Assembly (NCBI GenBank): GCA_017534945.1
Contig: JAFXVB010000026.1
Span: 1,034 to 65,033, forward strand
Source of the DNA: Alphaproteobacteria bacterium
Lineage (GTDB): Bacteria > Pseudomonadota > Alphaproteobacteria > Rs-D84
DNA length: 64,000 bases
Direction: 5' to 3'
Shown: piece after piece, positions 8,130 through 16,493 of the stretch
Layout: each line of letters begins with the position of its first letter
How positions within the stretch are numbered: position 1 is the first letter of the stretch
Made by a program: the position numbers and the translations under genes
The notes under the pieces: model-generated
What the model was told of the DNA's origin: nothing
What the model saw: the letters and a program-made list of their open reading frames with translations, nothing else
The model's database searches: none

Positions 8130-9863
8130 TTAAGCTGGCATTTTAACCGCATCCGCCATATCTTTCACAAAATCCGCCAAAGATACAACTTCTTGCTTTT
8201 CTACACCTAAACGACGCAAAGTGACCGTTTTGTCATTTTGTTCTTTTTCACCAACAACGGCAATTATTGGTGTTTTAATCAAGGACAATTCGCGCACTTT
8301 ATAATTTACTTTTTCATCACGCAAATCAGCACGACTATAAACACCCATCGCCCGCAAATCGGCAACAACCGAATCCGCATATTCGCGATACTTTTCAGAT
8401 ACAGGCACAACAACAACGGGTTCCGGACTTAACCATAATGGCAAATTACCACCGGTGGATTCCAATAAAATTCCCATAAACCGTTCAATTGAACCCAACA
8501 TAGCACGATGCAACATAATTGGACGATGTTTTTCACCATCTTCGCCAATATAAGATAAATCGAATCTTTCTGGCAAATTCATATCCAATTGCACCGTACC
8601 GCATTGCCATACACGCCCCATAGAATCGCGTAAATAATTATCAATTTTGGGACCATAAAACGCGGCATCGTTTTCTGCAATTTCATATTCAATACCATTG
8701 GCATCCAACGCATGTTTCAATGCACCTTCGGCTTTATCCCAAACCTCGTCTGTTCCAATACGAAATTCCGAAAGCGGACGAGTCGCCAATTTCATCGTAA
8801 TCTTTTCAAATCCAAATTTGCCATAAATATCTTTGATGAAACGTAATATTTTAACAACTTCGTCTTCTAATTGGTCTTCGGTACAGAAAATATGCGCATC
8901 ATCTTGGGTAAATTCACGCACACGCATCAATCCCGCCAAAGAACCCGCCGCCTCATAACGATTAACTTTACCGAATTCAGCCAAATACAACGGCAAATCT
9001 TTATATGATTTGATACCTTGACCAAATACCAACATCCCCCCCGGACAAGACATAGGTTTTACACAAAACACCTTGCCATCTTGGGTTGTTCCAGAATAAT
9101 TATGCGCGCCATATTTCGCCCAATGCCCCGACTTTTCCCACAAACACCGGTCCATAACAGATGGCGTAGAAATTTCCAAATACCCCGCCATTTCTTGACG
9201 ATGACGAATATATTCAATCAAACGACGATAAACCTTAAAGCCTTTGTCATGCCAAAATACAGCGCCCGGCGCATATTCTGGTTCAAAATGGAACAAATCC
9301 ATTTCCTTGCCCAATTTACGGTTATCGCGTTTTGCGGCCTCTTCCTGCATTTTCAAGAACGCGTCCAATTCTTCTTTGCTGGCAAATGCATCAACATAGA
9401 TTCTTTGCAACATTTTATTTTTAGAATCACCCTTCCAATATGCCCCAGCAACAGTTCTAATTTTGAAACCGTCCCTTGGCAAATCTTTGGAACTTTCAAC
9501 GTGTGGTCCACGGCATAAATCCGTAAAATCGCGGAAAGTATAAATAGACAACTTTTCGCCCGCCGCACCATATTCGTTTAACCATTCCATTTTATATGGT
9601 TGATTGGCAAAGATTTTTTTTGCTTCATCTAAATCAACGATTCTTTGTTCGAAACGACCATTTGATTTAATCAGTTCACGCATTTCGCGTTCAATCGCGG
9701 CAAAATCATCTTCGCTGAATCTGTATTCAGTATCAAAGTCATAATAAAAACCGTTTTCAATTGCCGGACCACCCGCGAATTTAACATCTGGGTGTAATTT
9801 TTTAACCGCCGCCGCCATGACGTGTGCCAACGAATGACGCATTAATTCAATTGGATAAGACAT
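8130..9863 (-). CDS. thrS: threonine--tRNA ligase lacking the N-terminal TGS domain
   Basis: 577 aa. It begins at the editing-domain motif (MRHSLAHVMAAAV..GPAIENGFYYDF) and has class II core motifs (FRDFTDLCRGPH, GLMRVREFTQDDAHIF, GTVQLDMNLPERF) and a C-terminal anticodon-binding domain. Confidence 0.95.
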   Translation of the reverse strand: MSYPIELMRHSLAHVMAAAVKKLHPDVKFAGGPAIENGFYYDFDTEYRFSEDDFAAIEREMRELIKSNGRFEQRIVDLDEAKKIFANQPYKMEWLNEYGAAGEKLSIYTFRDFTDLCRGPHVESSKDLPRDGFKIRTVAGAYWKGDSKNKMLQRIYVDAFASKEELDAFLKMQEEAAKRDNRKLGKEMDLFHFEPEYAPGAVFWHDKGFKVYRRLIEYIRHRQEMAGYLEISTPSVMDRCLWEKSGHWAKYGAHNYSGTTQDGKVFCVKPMSCPGGMLVFGQGIKSYKDLPLYLAEFGKVNRYEAAGSLAGLMRVREFTQDDAHIFCTEDQLEDEVVKILRFIKDIYGKFGFEKITMKLATRPLSEFRIGTDEVWDKAEGALKHALDANGIEYEIAENDAAFYGPKIDNYLRDSMGRVWQCGTVQLDMNLPERFDLSYIGEDGEKHRPIMLHRAMLGSIERFMGILLESTGGNLPLWLSPEPVVVVPVSEKYREYADSVVADLRAMGVYSRADLRDEKVNYKVRELSLIKTPIIAVVGEKEQNDKTVTLRRLGVEKQEVVSLADFVKDMADAVKMPA

Positions 9864-9937
9864 AATAACTACCTTTATTTATTTATAACTTTTTTAATTT
9901 TTTCGAAATTGTTTTGAATTATAATACGCACTTTTAA

Positions 9938-10018
9938 TTAGTGCAAGCAAGAACCAACGACCCCCGCGGGGGTTGTGCAAGTAATAGTAGTCAAAATCCA
10001 TTTTTTCATCAACATCAT
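9938..10018 (-). CDS. candidate Thr-rich leader peptide upstream of thrS
   Basis: My translation gives (MML)MKKWILTTITCTTPAGVVGSCLH*, with 5 Thr in 7 consecutive codons. It starts about 7 nt after a predicted -10 box, and two hairpins overlap its 3' half. It is too short for the ORF track. Confidence 0.35.
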   Translation of the reverse strand: MMLMKKWILTTITCTTPAGVVGSCLH

Positions 10019-10024
10019 ATTGCT

Positions 10025-10053
10025 ATTCTAAGACAATTTATTTAAAAAGTCAA
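10025..10053 (-). promoter_or_regulatory. predicted sigma70-type promoter of the thrS leader
   Basis: The minus strand reads TTGACT - 17 nt - TAGAAT. The first ATG of the small ORF lies 7 nt downstream of the -10 box. Confidence 0.45.
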
Positions 10054-10087
10054 TATTCTCACTTATTTTCTTTATTTTTATACAACA

Positions 10088-10115
10088 TTTGAACTTTGAA
10101 CTCTGCACTTTGAAC
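10088..10115. repeat. tandem heptamer array TTTGAAC TTTGAAC TCTGCAC TTTGAAC (copy 1 of 3 in the window)
   Basis: Read directly from the sequence. Related arrays occur at 55637-55664 and 56148-56175. Confidence 0.9.
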
Positions 10116-10118
10116 TTT

Positions 10119-10145
10119 AAAAAAACGGGCTATATGCCCGTTTTT
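10119..10145 (-). terminator. rho-independent terminator of the hemolysin III gene (A-run/T-run on both sides)
   Basis: AAAAAAACGGGC-tatat-GCCCGTTTTT. It overlaps the stop codon at 10144-10146. Confidence 0.7.
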
Positions 10146-10923
10146 ATATCAAACACGCGGCAGTTGGAAAATCAATAATACTGCCATACAATACCGCAAA
10201 GAAAAAACACACAGAACCACCAATCACAAACAAATGCCATATCGCGTGTGAATACTTCATTTTACGCCATACATAAAATATAACACCCAATGAATACGAA
10301 AGTCCGCCCGCCAAAACAAACCACATACCGCGTGCTGAAATCGTTTGAATCATTGCCGGCAAAATCCAAAGCAACGCCCATCCCATAATTAAATACAAAA
10401 CGACCAACCATTTTGGTTGCTGTCTTGGATTATGAAATTTCATAATTGCACCAAATATAACAATGGCCCACATAATTCCAAACATAGACCACCCAAGTCC
10501 AGCATGATGACATTGTGCCAAATTAACCAATAAAAACGGCGTGTATGTTCCGGCAATCAAAGCATAAATTGCAATACTGTCCCATACTTCAAAAAAGCAC
10601 TCACTCTTTTCACCAATCATCGCATGACACATTGTTGAACCAAAATATAAAAAGAACATCGTTGCGCCAAACAAAGAACAAGAAACAACCGCCCAAACAT
10701 TTTGATATACCGCAGCATACGCAACCAACATCGCAAGTCCAGCAATTGCAAGTCCAATTCCAATACCATGTGTTAAAATATTCAATACAGATTCACCATG
10801 TGTCACCGGTCTTTCCCAACGAAAAAATCCAGTCGCCCGCAACACACGCAACAAAGTATTTGCATGTTTATCTTTTTTTACTGCACGCAATTTGGCTTTT
10901 ATCTCTCTCTTTGATTTTGTCAT
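10144..10923 (-). CDS. hemolysin III / PAQR family membrane protein
   Basis: 259 aa with seven predicted TM segments and conserved His motifs (HGIGIG near TM1, CHAM, YSHAIWHLFV near the C-terminus), typical of the HlyIII family. Confidence 0.8.
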   Translation of the reverse strand: MTKSKREIKAKLRAVKKDKHANTLLRVLRATGFFRWERPVTHGESVLNILTHGIGIGLAIAGLAMLVAYAAVYQNVWAVVSCSLFGATMFFLYFGSTMCHAMIGEKSECFFEVWDSIAIYALIAGTYTPFLLVNLAQCHHAGLGWSMFGIMWAIVIFGAIMKFHNPRQQPKWLVVLYLIMGWALLWILPAMIQTISARGMWFVLAGGLSYSLGVIFYVWRKMKYSHAIWHLFVIGGSVCFFFAVLYGSIIDFPTAACLI

Positions 10924-10924
10924 A

Positions 10925-12502
10925 TTATTTCAATGCCCCCTGCACTCTTTCTTTCACACAATTTTCACCCATAACTTGCATTATTGAATACAAATCAGGT
11001 GTATTTGTCCGCCCGGTCAATGCGACACGCAAATTCATCGCAACATCACCATTTTTAACACCAATTTTTGTTGCAATCGCAACGATTTTATTCCACCAAG
11101 TATCTTTATCATCACGAATATCAAATGTTGCCAAAAATTCATTTAACAAATCGTGATTAAATTCAAAGTCGCGATTCGGTTGATACAAAGAATCCCAAAA
11201 ATACGAAACCTCGGAAAGCGTTTGTTTCCATGTAATAAAATCTTTACGAATACGTTTTGGATTATCGCGTTCAATCGACAACACAGATGTCAAATATTTT
11301 ACATCATCAATCTGCGCTTTATGCATGGAATCTCCATATTCTTGGGCCCAATTGACCACAGAATTCACCAATTCATCAACCGGCATAACGGCGATATTTT
11401 CCTTTGCCCACCATTCCAACTTTTTCATATCAAACAATGCACCAGACATTGGTATTTTCTTTGGACGAAATTCATAATCCCAAATAGACTTTACCGCGCC
11501 CTTTAACTTTGATTCTTCATACCCAGACGCAATAATATTAAACAAATATTCCAACACCGCATTTGTTGGCCAACCATCCGCCAGCAAATTCGCAACATTT
11601 GATTCTGGATCATGACGTTTTGATAATTTGCGTTGCTTACCTGTTTCGGCATCTAACTTATCCAAAGTTGATGTATGAATATAAAGTGGCGGCGTCCATC
11701 CCATCATACGAAACAGTTGATAATGTAAAGGCAAAGAAGACAACCATTCTGCACCACGAACAACATGTGTTGTCCGCATAAAATGGTCATCACACAAATG
11801 CGCAAAATGATATGTTGGTAAACCATCATTTGATTTAATCAAAACCAAATCTTCATTATTTTCAGGGAAAGAAATTGAACCGCGAACCGCATCTTTACAA
11901 AAAATACGCGCATCAGGATTCCCATTTGAATACAAACGAATCGATGGAACCTCACCATTATCTAAATGTTTAATTATTTCTTCTTCACATATATCTCTAT
12001 CCCGTGCAAATTCGCCATAAATTCCCGTTGGAAAACCAGCCGCATTTTGACGCGCCCTGATTTCTTCCATCTCTGGTGCGGTTAAAAAACAAGGATATGC
12101 CAAGCCCCGCGCCAATAAATCCGCCGCAACAGAGTGGTATATCTCTTTGCGTTGCGATTGATAATACGGCCCATACTTTTCATCATTGTTGTATGACAAA
12201 CCAAATTTTTTTAACGAATCTAAAATAATTTGTACAGCATCTTTGACTTCACGTTTTGTATCTGTATCTTCAATACGCAACATAAAAACACCATTTGATT
12301 GTTGTGCCAATTTAGAATTAATTAAAACCTGGTACAAACCACCAATATGCATAAACCCAGTTGGACTGGGGGCGAATCGGGTGACAAACGCCCCCTCTGG
12401 TAAATTACGAGGTGGAAATTTTTCCTCTAATTCTGCAATAGTATATTTTGGTTTTCCGCCCAATACACGTTCAATTAAACTTGGCGATAATCCATTACGC
12501 AT
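10925..12502 (-). CDS. gltX: glutamate--tRNA ligase
   Basis: 525 aa with the class I HIGH motif (PSPTGFMHIGG), the KMSKS variant (KLSKR), and DDHFMRTTHVVRGAEW. Confidence 0.9.
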   Translation of the reverse strand: MRNGLSPSLIERVLGGKPKYTIAELEEKFPPRNLPEGAFVTRFAPSPTGFMHIGGLYQVLINSKLAQQSNGVFMLRIEDTDTKREVKDAVQIILDSLKKFGLSYNNDEKYGPYYQSQRKEIYHSVAADLLARGLAYPCFLTAPEMEEIRARQNAAGFPTGIYGEFARDRDICEEEIIKHLDNGEVPSIRLYSNGNPDARIFCKDAVRGSISFPENNEDLVLIKSNDGLPTYHFAHLCDDHFMRTTHVVRGAEWLSSLPLHYQLFRMMGWTPPLYIHTSTLDKLDAETGKQRKLSKRHDPESNVANLLADGWPTNAVLEYLFNIIASGYEESKLKGAVKSIWDYEFRPKKIPMSGALFDMKKLEWWAKENIAVMPVDELVNSVVNWAQEYGDSMHKAQIDDVKYLTSVLSIERDNPKRIRKDFITWKQTLSEVSYFWDSLYQPNRDFEFNHDLLNEFLATFDIRDDKDTWWNKIVAIATKIGVKNGDVAMNLRVALTGRTNTPDLYSIMQVMGENCVKERVQGALK

Positions 12503-13058
12503 TTTTGTTTCCTTTTAACCAGTCTGTTTTCAATTTTGAATATTCACAGTTATCATGAAATGTTCCATCGTGCCACGCGACATCCCCACGCAAAACACCA
12601 TCCAACACATACCCATTTCGTTCTGCAACCCGACGCGAAGCAGTATTAGCAGCATCTATACCCAAAACAATTTTATTCATTTTCAGATTTTCAAACACCA
12701 AACGTTCCATAATCGGCAAAAACATATCAATCAATGCATGTCCACGAACATCTGGTGCCAACCAATAATCAATATACACAGATTTATTCTTATTAACAAC
12801 GCGTGTAAAGCCAATTTCGCCGACCAATTCATCATTACGCATAATTTCATACATATGCACATCTTCGGCATCATAAGCCTGTTGCATACCATCAAAAACA
12901 ACATCCACCGACTTTATATCTTCACCGCGCAGCCAAAACATCATATTTTTGCTATCTTTACGCAAAACATCAAACACAGCCATTGCGATAGCACGCGTTG
13001 GCTTTAAATGACGCAGAAAATAATCAGCCACACAAATATCTTGCGGTAAAGACAACAT
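12495..13058 (-). CDS. GNAT family N-acetyltransferase (RimJ/RimL-like)
   Basis: VGEIGFTRV...YIDYWLAPDVRGHALI...ASRRVAERNGYVLDGVLR is a typical GNAT core. I moved the start to the ATG at 13058 (MLSLPQD), which avoids overlap with divergent trmB. The 3' end overlaps the gltX start by 8 nt. Confidence 0.7.
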   Translation of the reverse strand: MLSLPQDICVADYFLRHLKPTRAIAMAVFDVLRKDSKNMMFWLRGEDIKSVDVVFDGMQQAYDAEDVHMYEIMRNDELVGEIGFTRVVNKNKSVYIDYWLAPDVRGHALIDMFLPIMERLVFENLKMNKIVLGIDAANTASRRVAERNGYVLDGVLRGDVAWHDGTFHDNCEYSKLKTDWLKGNKNA

Positions 13059-13103
13059 ACTAAACACCTTGTTTTTACTGAAATATGATTTTATACTAAT
13101 ATC

Positions 13104-13742
13104 ATGGAAAATCAAGAAATAAGAACATTTGGTCGCCGGCATGGCAAAAAATTATCTGCCCGCAAACAGACTTTGCTGGAAACAGTTTTGCCGGCCTTTT
13201 TACCAAAAAACATCAAAAACACCGGGAATTTAATTCTGGAAATTGGTTTTGGCAATGGTGAACATGTACGCGAACTATCGATTCGCAATCCCGAATCGAT
13301 AATTATCGGTGCTGAACCGTTTATGAACGGTGTCGCCGCCCTGCTCTCTGCAATCACAGACGAATCGACCAACGAAATTCTGGACGAATATAAAAACATC
13401 CGCATTTGGCCGGACGATGTTCGCAAATTATTAAAGGACACAAAACTTTTGTTCAACGAAATTTGGATATTGCACCCCGACCCATGGCCCAAGGCAAAAC
13501 ACGAAAAACGCCGTTTATTAAACTCAGAATTTTTGGAATTATTGGGAACAAAATTATCAAAAAACGGTCAAATCATAATTGGAACAGATCATTATGAATA
13601 CTTTGATTGGATTGTAAACGAAGTTAAAAAAACCGCGCTATATGCATCGTTTCCGCCACTTTCTATAATTCATACAAGGTACCAAGAAAAAAATATGGCG
13701 CAAACCATCACACCAAAATATTTAATTTTAACCAATCAATAA
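13104..13742 (+). CDS. trmB: tRNA (guanine-N7)-methyltransferase
   Basis: 212 aa with LEIGFGNGEH (SAM-binding loop) and HPDPWPKAKHEKRRL, the characteristic TrmB motif. Confidence 0.85.
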   Translation: MENQEIRTFGRRHGKKLSARKQTLLETVLPAFLPKNIKNTGNLILEIGFGNGEHVRELSIRNPESIIIGAEPFMNGVAALLSAITDESTNEILDEYKNIRIWPDDVRKLLKDTKLLFNEIWILHPDPWPKAKHEKRRLLNSEFLELLGTKLSKNGQIIIGTDHYEYFDWIVNEVKKTALYASFPPLSIIHTRYQEKNMAQTITPKYLILTNQ

Positions 13743-14410
13743 CTTATCCAGAAATGAAGTTTATCCAATAATTCTGGACGCATTTTTGCAACCAATCGAT
13801 ACACCTGTTCTGCGCGTTCAAAACTTTCATCCAACATAACATGTAATTCCATATTACTATCGGCATCCCACGCAGATAATGCACCATAAATTCGTCCTGT
13901 AAAATCACTTTTTTCATGCGTTTCTTGTGTTAATATCAACAACAAAGATGACGCATGTATTTTGTTTAATGCATTAAATACAACATCCCAATCAAGTGGC
14001 CATACTTCAAATATATCCAATCCAATTGATAAATCTTTTTGAAAAAACAAATCATCACGCACAGACACAATTGAATCCACAAATCGACCAAGTTCATTTA
14101 ATCGCACAATTACCTGGGCACCATCGGCACCTTGTTTAAATACAGATTTTATATCCATTGCCAATGTCGACATTGTATCCAAAGCAACCGAATCGACATA
14201 AAACCGCGACATAATTTTTAACTTTAACCGTTCCACCCATGGCCAAACAATCGAAACATGATGTTGCACCACAGACATTGCGCCAACACCCATTTCCGTC
14301 GCATATTCTGCCGCCCCGGCCAATTCAGCACTATCCCCATCATCCGGCAACCATAAACCGACAGATTTTACAATTTCATCATTATCAAAAATTTCTTTTA
14401 TATCTATCAT
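13736..14410 (-). CDS. hypothetical protein
   Basis: A 224-aa ORF with plausible composition. I recognise no motif. Confidence 0.45.
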   Translation of the reverse strand: MIDIKEIFDNDEIVKSVGLWLPDDGDSAELAGAAEYATEMGVGAMSVVQHHVSIVWPWVERLKLKIMSRFYVDSVALDTMSTLAMDIKSVFKQGADGAQVIVRLNELGRFVDSIVSVRDDLFFQKDLSIGLDIFEVWPLDWDVVFNALNKIHASSLLLILTQETHEKSDFTGRIYGALSAWDADSNMELHVMLDESFERAEQVYRLVAKMRPELLDKLHFWISY

Positions 14411-14452
14411 TATGCTTTTTACTTTATCATAAATATGATATAATTAAAACAA

Positions 14453-15337
14453 ATGAAATTGCATGAACGTATAAATTGTATATTACTTGGGACACTATGG
14501 ACATTGGCCATAGTGCTGGTTTTGGATTTTTGGTTAAATACGGCGTACAACTTTAATATATTTTCAAATATGCATTGGCAATATGTCGCAGATATGCAGG
14601 CATCAAACCAACCGATTGCGACCGGATTTTATATATCTGTGATATTGGCTGTTTGTGCATGCATTTTTGGGTTATATGTTCTTTTACGACCACGTTTTCG
14701 TAAAATTATTTTTACCACACCAAATACACCGATTCCACCGACACAACCAACGCTACCCGAACAAAAAACAATTGAAAAGCCAGAACCAACAAAAATTATA
14801 ACCAATCAACCACAAATGCAAAGACCCCCACGTTTGCACATACAAACACATAATATAACACCACCAAAAACCGCAACACCAAACAAAACAGAAAAACCGG
14901 CAAAGAAAACACCAACCGAACCGCGCTATGTGCATGAAATCCGGGAAATTTTTGAAAGAAACGGATATCGTGTTTTAACACCAAAAACACTATCCGGAAC
15001 ACCTTTATCTTTAATTGCGTTGGGAACAAACGAAACATTATGGTTGGGCGCATGCGATATATCACACGAACAAATGGTTGATGTAATATTATCGTTCAAG
15101 GCCGTATTCCAAGAAACACTTGAAGATATTGAAATTGACATAAATGGTTTTATTATAAATCCAACGGATAATGATACCATAGAGGCTATATTGGATTTTA
15201 AATCAATTGACGAACTATCAAATGCCGTTGATAATAATCCAAATGCCCCAGAATCTGATGCCGATAAAGAATCCGGTAACATGAATGCTTTTGCTGGGTA
15301 CATCGACACAGTATTGACATATTTGGGAAATAAATAA
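14453..15337 (+). CDS. membrane protein with Pro/Thr-rich linker and a C-terminal globular domain, function unknown
   Basis: 294 aa with two N-terminal TM segments and a PTQPTLPEQK...PPKTATPNK linker. The C-terminal IREIFERNGYRVLTPKTLSGTPLSLIALG only faintly recalls nuclease-like cores. It is the first gene of a tightly packed four-gene block. Confidence 0.5.
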   Translation: MKLHERINCILLGTLWTLAIVLVLDFWLNTAYNFNIFSNMHWQYVADMQASNQPIATGFYISVILAVCACIFGLYVLLRPRFRKIIFTTPNTPIPPTQPTLPEQKTIEKPEPTKIITNQPQMQRPPRLHIQTHNITPPKTATPNKTEKPAKKTPTEPRYVHEIREIFERNGYRVLTPKTLSGTPLSLIALGTNETLWLGACDISHEQMVDVILSFKAVFQETLEDIEIDINGFIINPTDNDTIEAILDFKSIDELSNAVDNNPNAPESDADKESGNMNAFAGYIDTVLTYLGNK

Positions 15338-15843
15338 TGAAGATACCTGAAAACATTGCCACACAAAGATTAGCCGAATTAGAAATGGACGATATGCCGG
15401 TTATGGAATACACACCAAAACCGACAAAATTACCAACCGATTGGTTCACAACATATCGCAAATTATGTCATGAATTTATGGGAACTTTGACCGATTGTGC
15501 CACAGAAATTGCATTTATGAATTTATCACAAAATGAATTTATGGGATTACTTTCTGGTCAAACATTACCACGAAACACATCTATACGGTGGCGTATTCCA
15601 ATTACATTGGGTGGCGAAATGTCGGTTAAAAATATGTTTTTATGCCGAACATTTCCACTTTCTCATAATTTAGATAGATTCATACTGGAACAATCTGGGA
15701 ATGAAACATTATGGTTGCCGAATCCTGCTAAATCTGTATACGTCACAACACACACCGCACCGGGCGGTACGGGTGGCAATGCCACATCTGATCGTTTAAC
15801 ACAAATGGCGGCGGCAATTTCAAACAATAATTCATTGGGATAA
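15337..15843 (+). CDS. hypothetical protein with weak HNH-like pattern
   Basis: 168 aa. Its start overlaps the upstream stop (TAATG). IRWRIPITLGGEMSVKNMFLCRTFPLSH resembles the HHIxPxxxGG...N...H layout, but the first His pair is replaced. Confidence 0.45.
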   Translation: MKIPENIATQRLAELEMDDMPVMEYTPKPTKLPTDWFTTYRKLCHEFMGTLTDCATEIAFMNLSQNEFMGLLSGQTLPRNTSIRWRIPITLGGEMSVKNMFLCRTFPLSHNLDRFILEQSGNETLWLPNPAKSVYVTTHTAPGGTGGNATSDRLTQMAAAISNNNSLG

Positions 15844-15846
15844 AAA

Positions 15847-16281
15847 ATGACAAGGGACGAATTTCTAACAACAATTAAATCCAAAGGCGCGCTTATATGG
15901 GGGCCGTCAAACACACGTGCCATTGAACATGCAAATTCAAATTTGCAACAAAAGAAATGCGCTATGTTGCCAAACTTTATGCTGGATTTATATACAAAAA
16001 CCGGTGGTATAAATTTGGGCACAGGATATATCTTTGGCCCCACAGAATTACCAAACGGAATAAATTTTCCAATCCCCAGTATTGTTCAAATCAACGATGA
16101 AATTCGCAGAATACCATCTATGCGCAATAAAACATTATTCGCAAGAAATGATTTATTTTGGTTTGTATTTGATGTATTTGGCACATGCTATATGATAAAT
16201 AATTTAAATGGCACAGTTTTACGAAAATACGACGACCCATATCGCGCATTATACGATTGCCTGCTTGGGGGAAAAATATAA
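15847..16281 (+). CDS. SMI1/KNR4 (SUKH)-like protein
   Basis: 144 aa. AIEHANSNLQQKKCAMLPNFMLDLYTKTGGINLG matches the N-terminal SUKH pattern (E..l...LP..y..l....GG). The match was made by eye only. Confidence 0.4.
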   Translation: MTRDEFLTTIKSKGALIWGPSNTRAIEHANSNLQQKKCAMLPNFMLDLYTKTGGINLGTGYIFGPTELPNGINFPIPSIVQINDEIRRIPSMRNKTLFARNDLFWFVFDVFGTCYMINNLNGTVLRKYDDPYRALYDCLLGGKI

Positions 16282-16282
16282 T

Positions 16283-16492
16283 ATGAAAAAAATATCCGTA
16301 TCTTTATCTGGACATCAAACCAGTATTTCACTGGAACCGGAATTTATCGCAGAATTAAAGCATATAGCAAAGAAAAACGACACATCTATTGCATCAATCA
16401 TATCATCAATTGATGAAAGACGCGCACCAAACACAAACCTATCATCTGCGATACGTGTTTGGATATTAAACCATATTCGTGACAATAAATAA
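16283..16492 (+). CDS. ribbon-helix-helix protein (RHH_4-type, common in Alphaproteobacteria)
   Basis: The internal ATG at 16283 gives MKKISVSLSGHQTSISLEPEFIAELKHIAKKNDTSIASIISSIDERRAPNTNLSSAIRVWIL. This matches the HxTSISLE...ID..R...NLSSAIRV signature. Confidence 0.65.
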   Translation: MKKISVSLSGHQTSISLEPEFIAELKHIAKKNDTSIASIISSIDERRAPNTNLSSAIRVWILNHIRDNK

Positions 16493-16493
16493 A

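Noticed and set aside
8010-8210. 66-aa plus-strand ORF
   Set aside because: It overlaps the thrS 3' end and has no SD. The minus strand of 7934-8074 encodes a better small lipoprotein candidate.
9928-9977. thrS leader hairpins as tRNA-Thr anticodon-arm mimics (E. coli-type translational operator) or a T-box
   Set aside because: The loops are CGCG (4 nt) and AAUUAAA, with no Thr anticodon (NGU) in a 7-nt loop. No T-box specifier or T-box sequence is seen.
10088-10115. Heptamer arrays as alphaproteobacterial LexA boxes (GTTC-N7-GTTC), tempting because ruvC and ruvA are nearby
   Set aside because: The GTTC units on the minus strand are spaced N3 or N10, not N7, and no such motif lies upstream of recA. 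The spacing does not fit the known direct-repeat SOS box.
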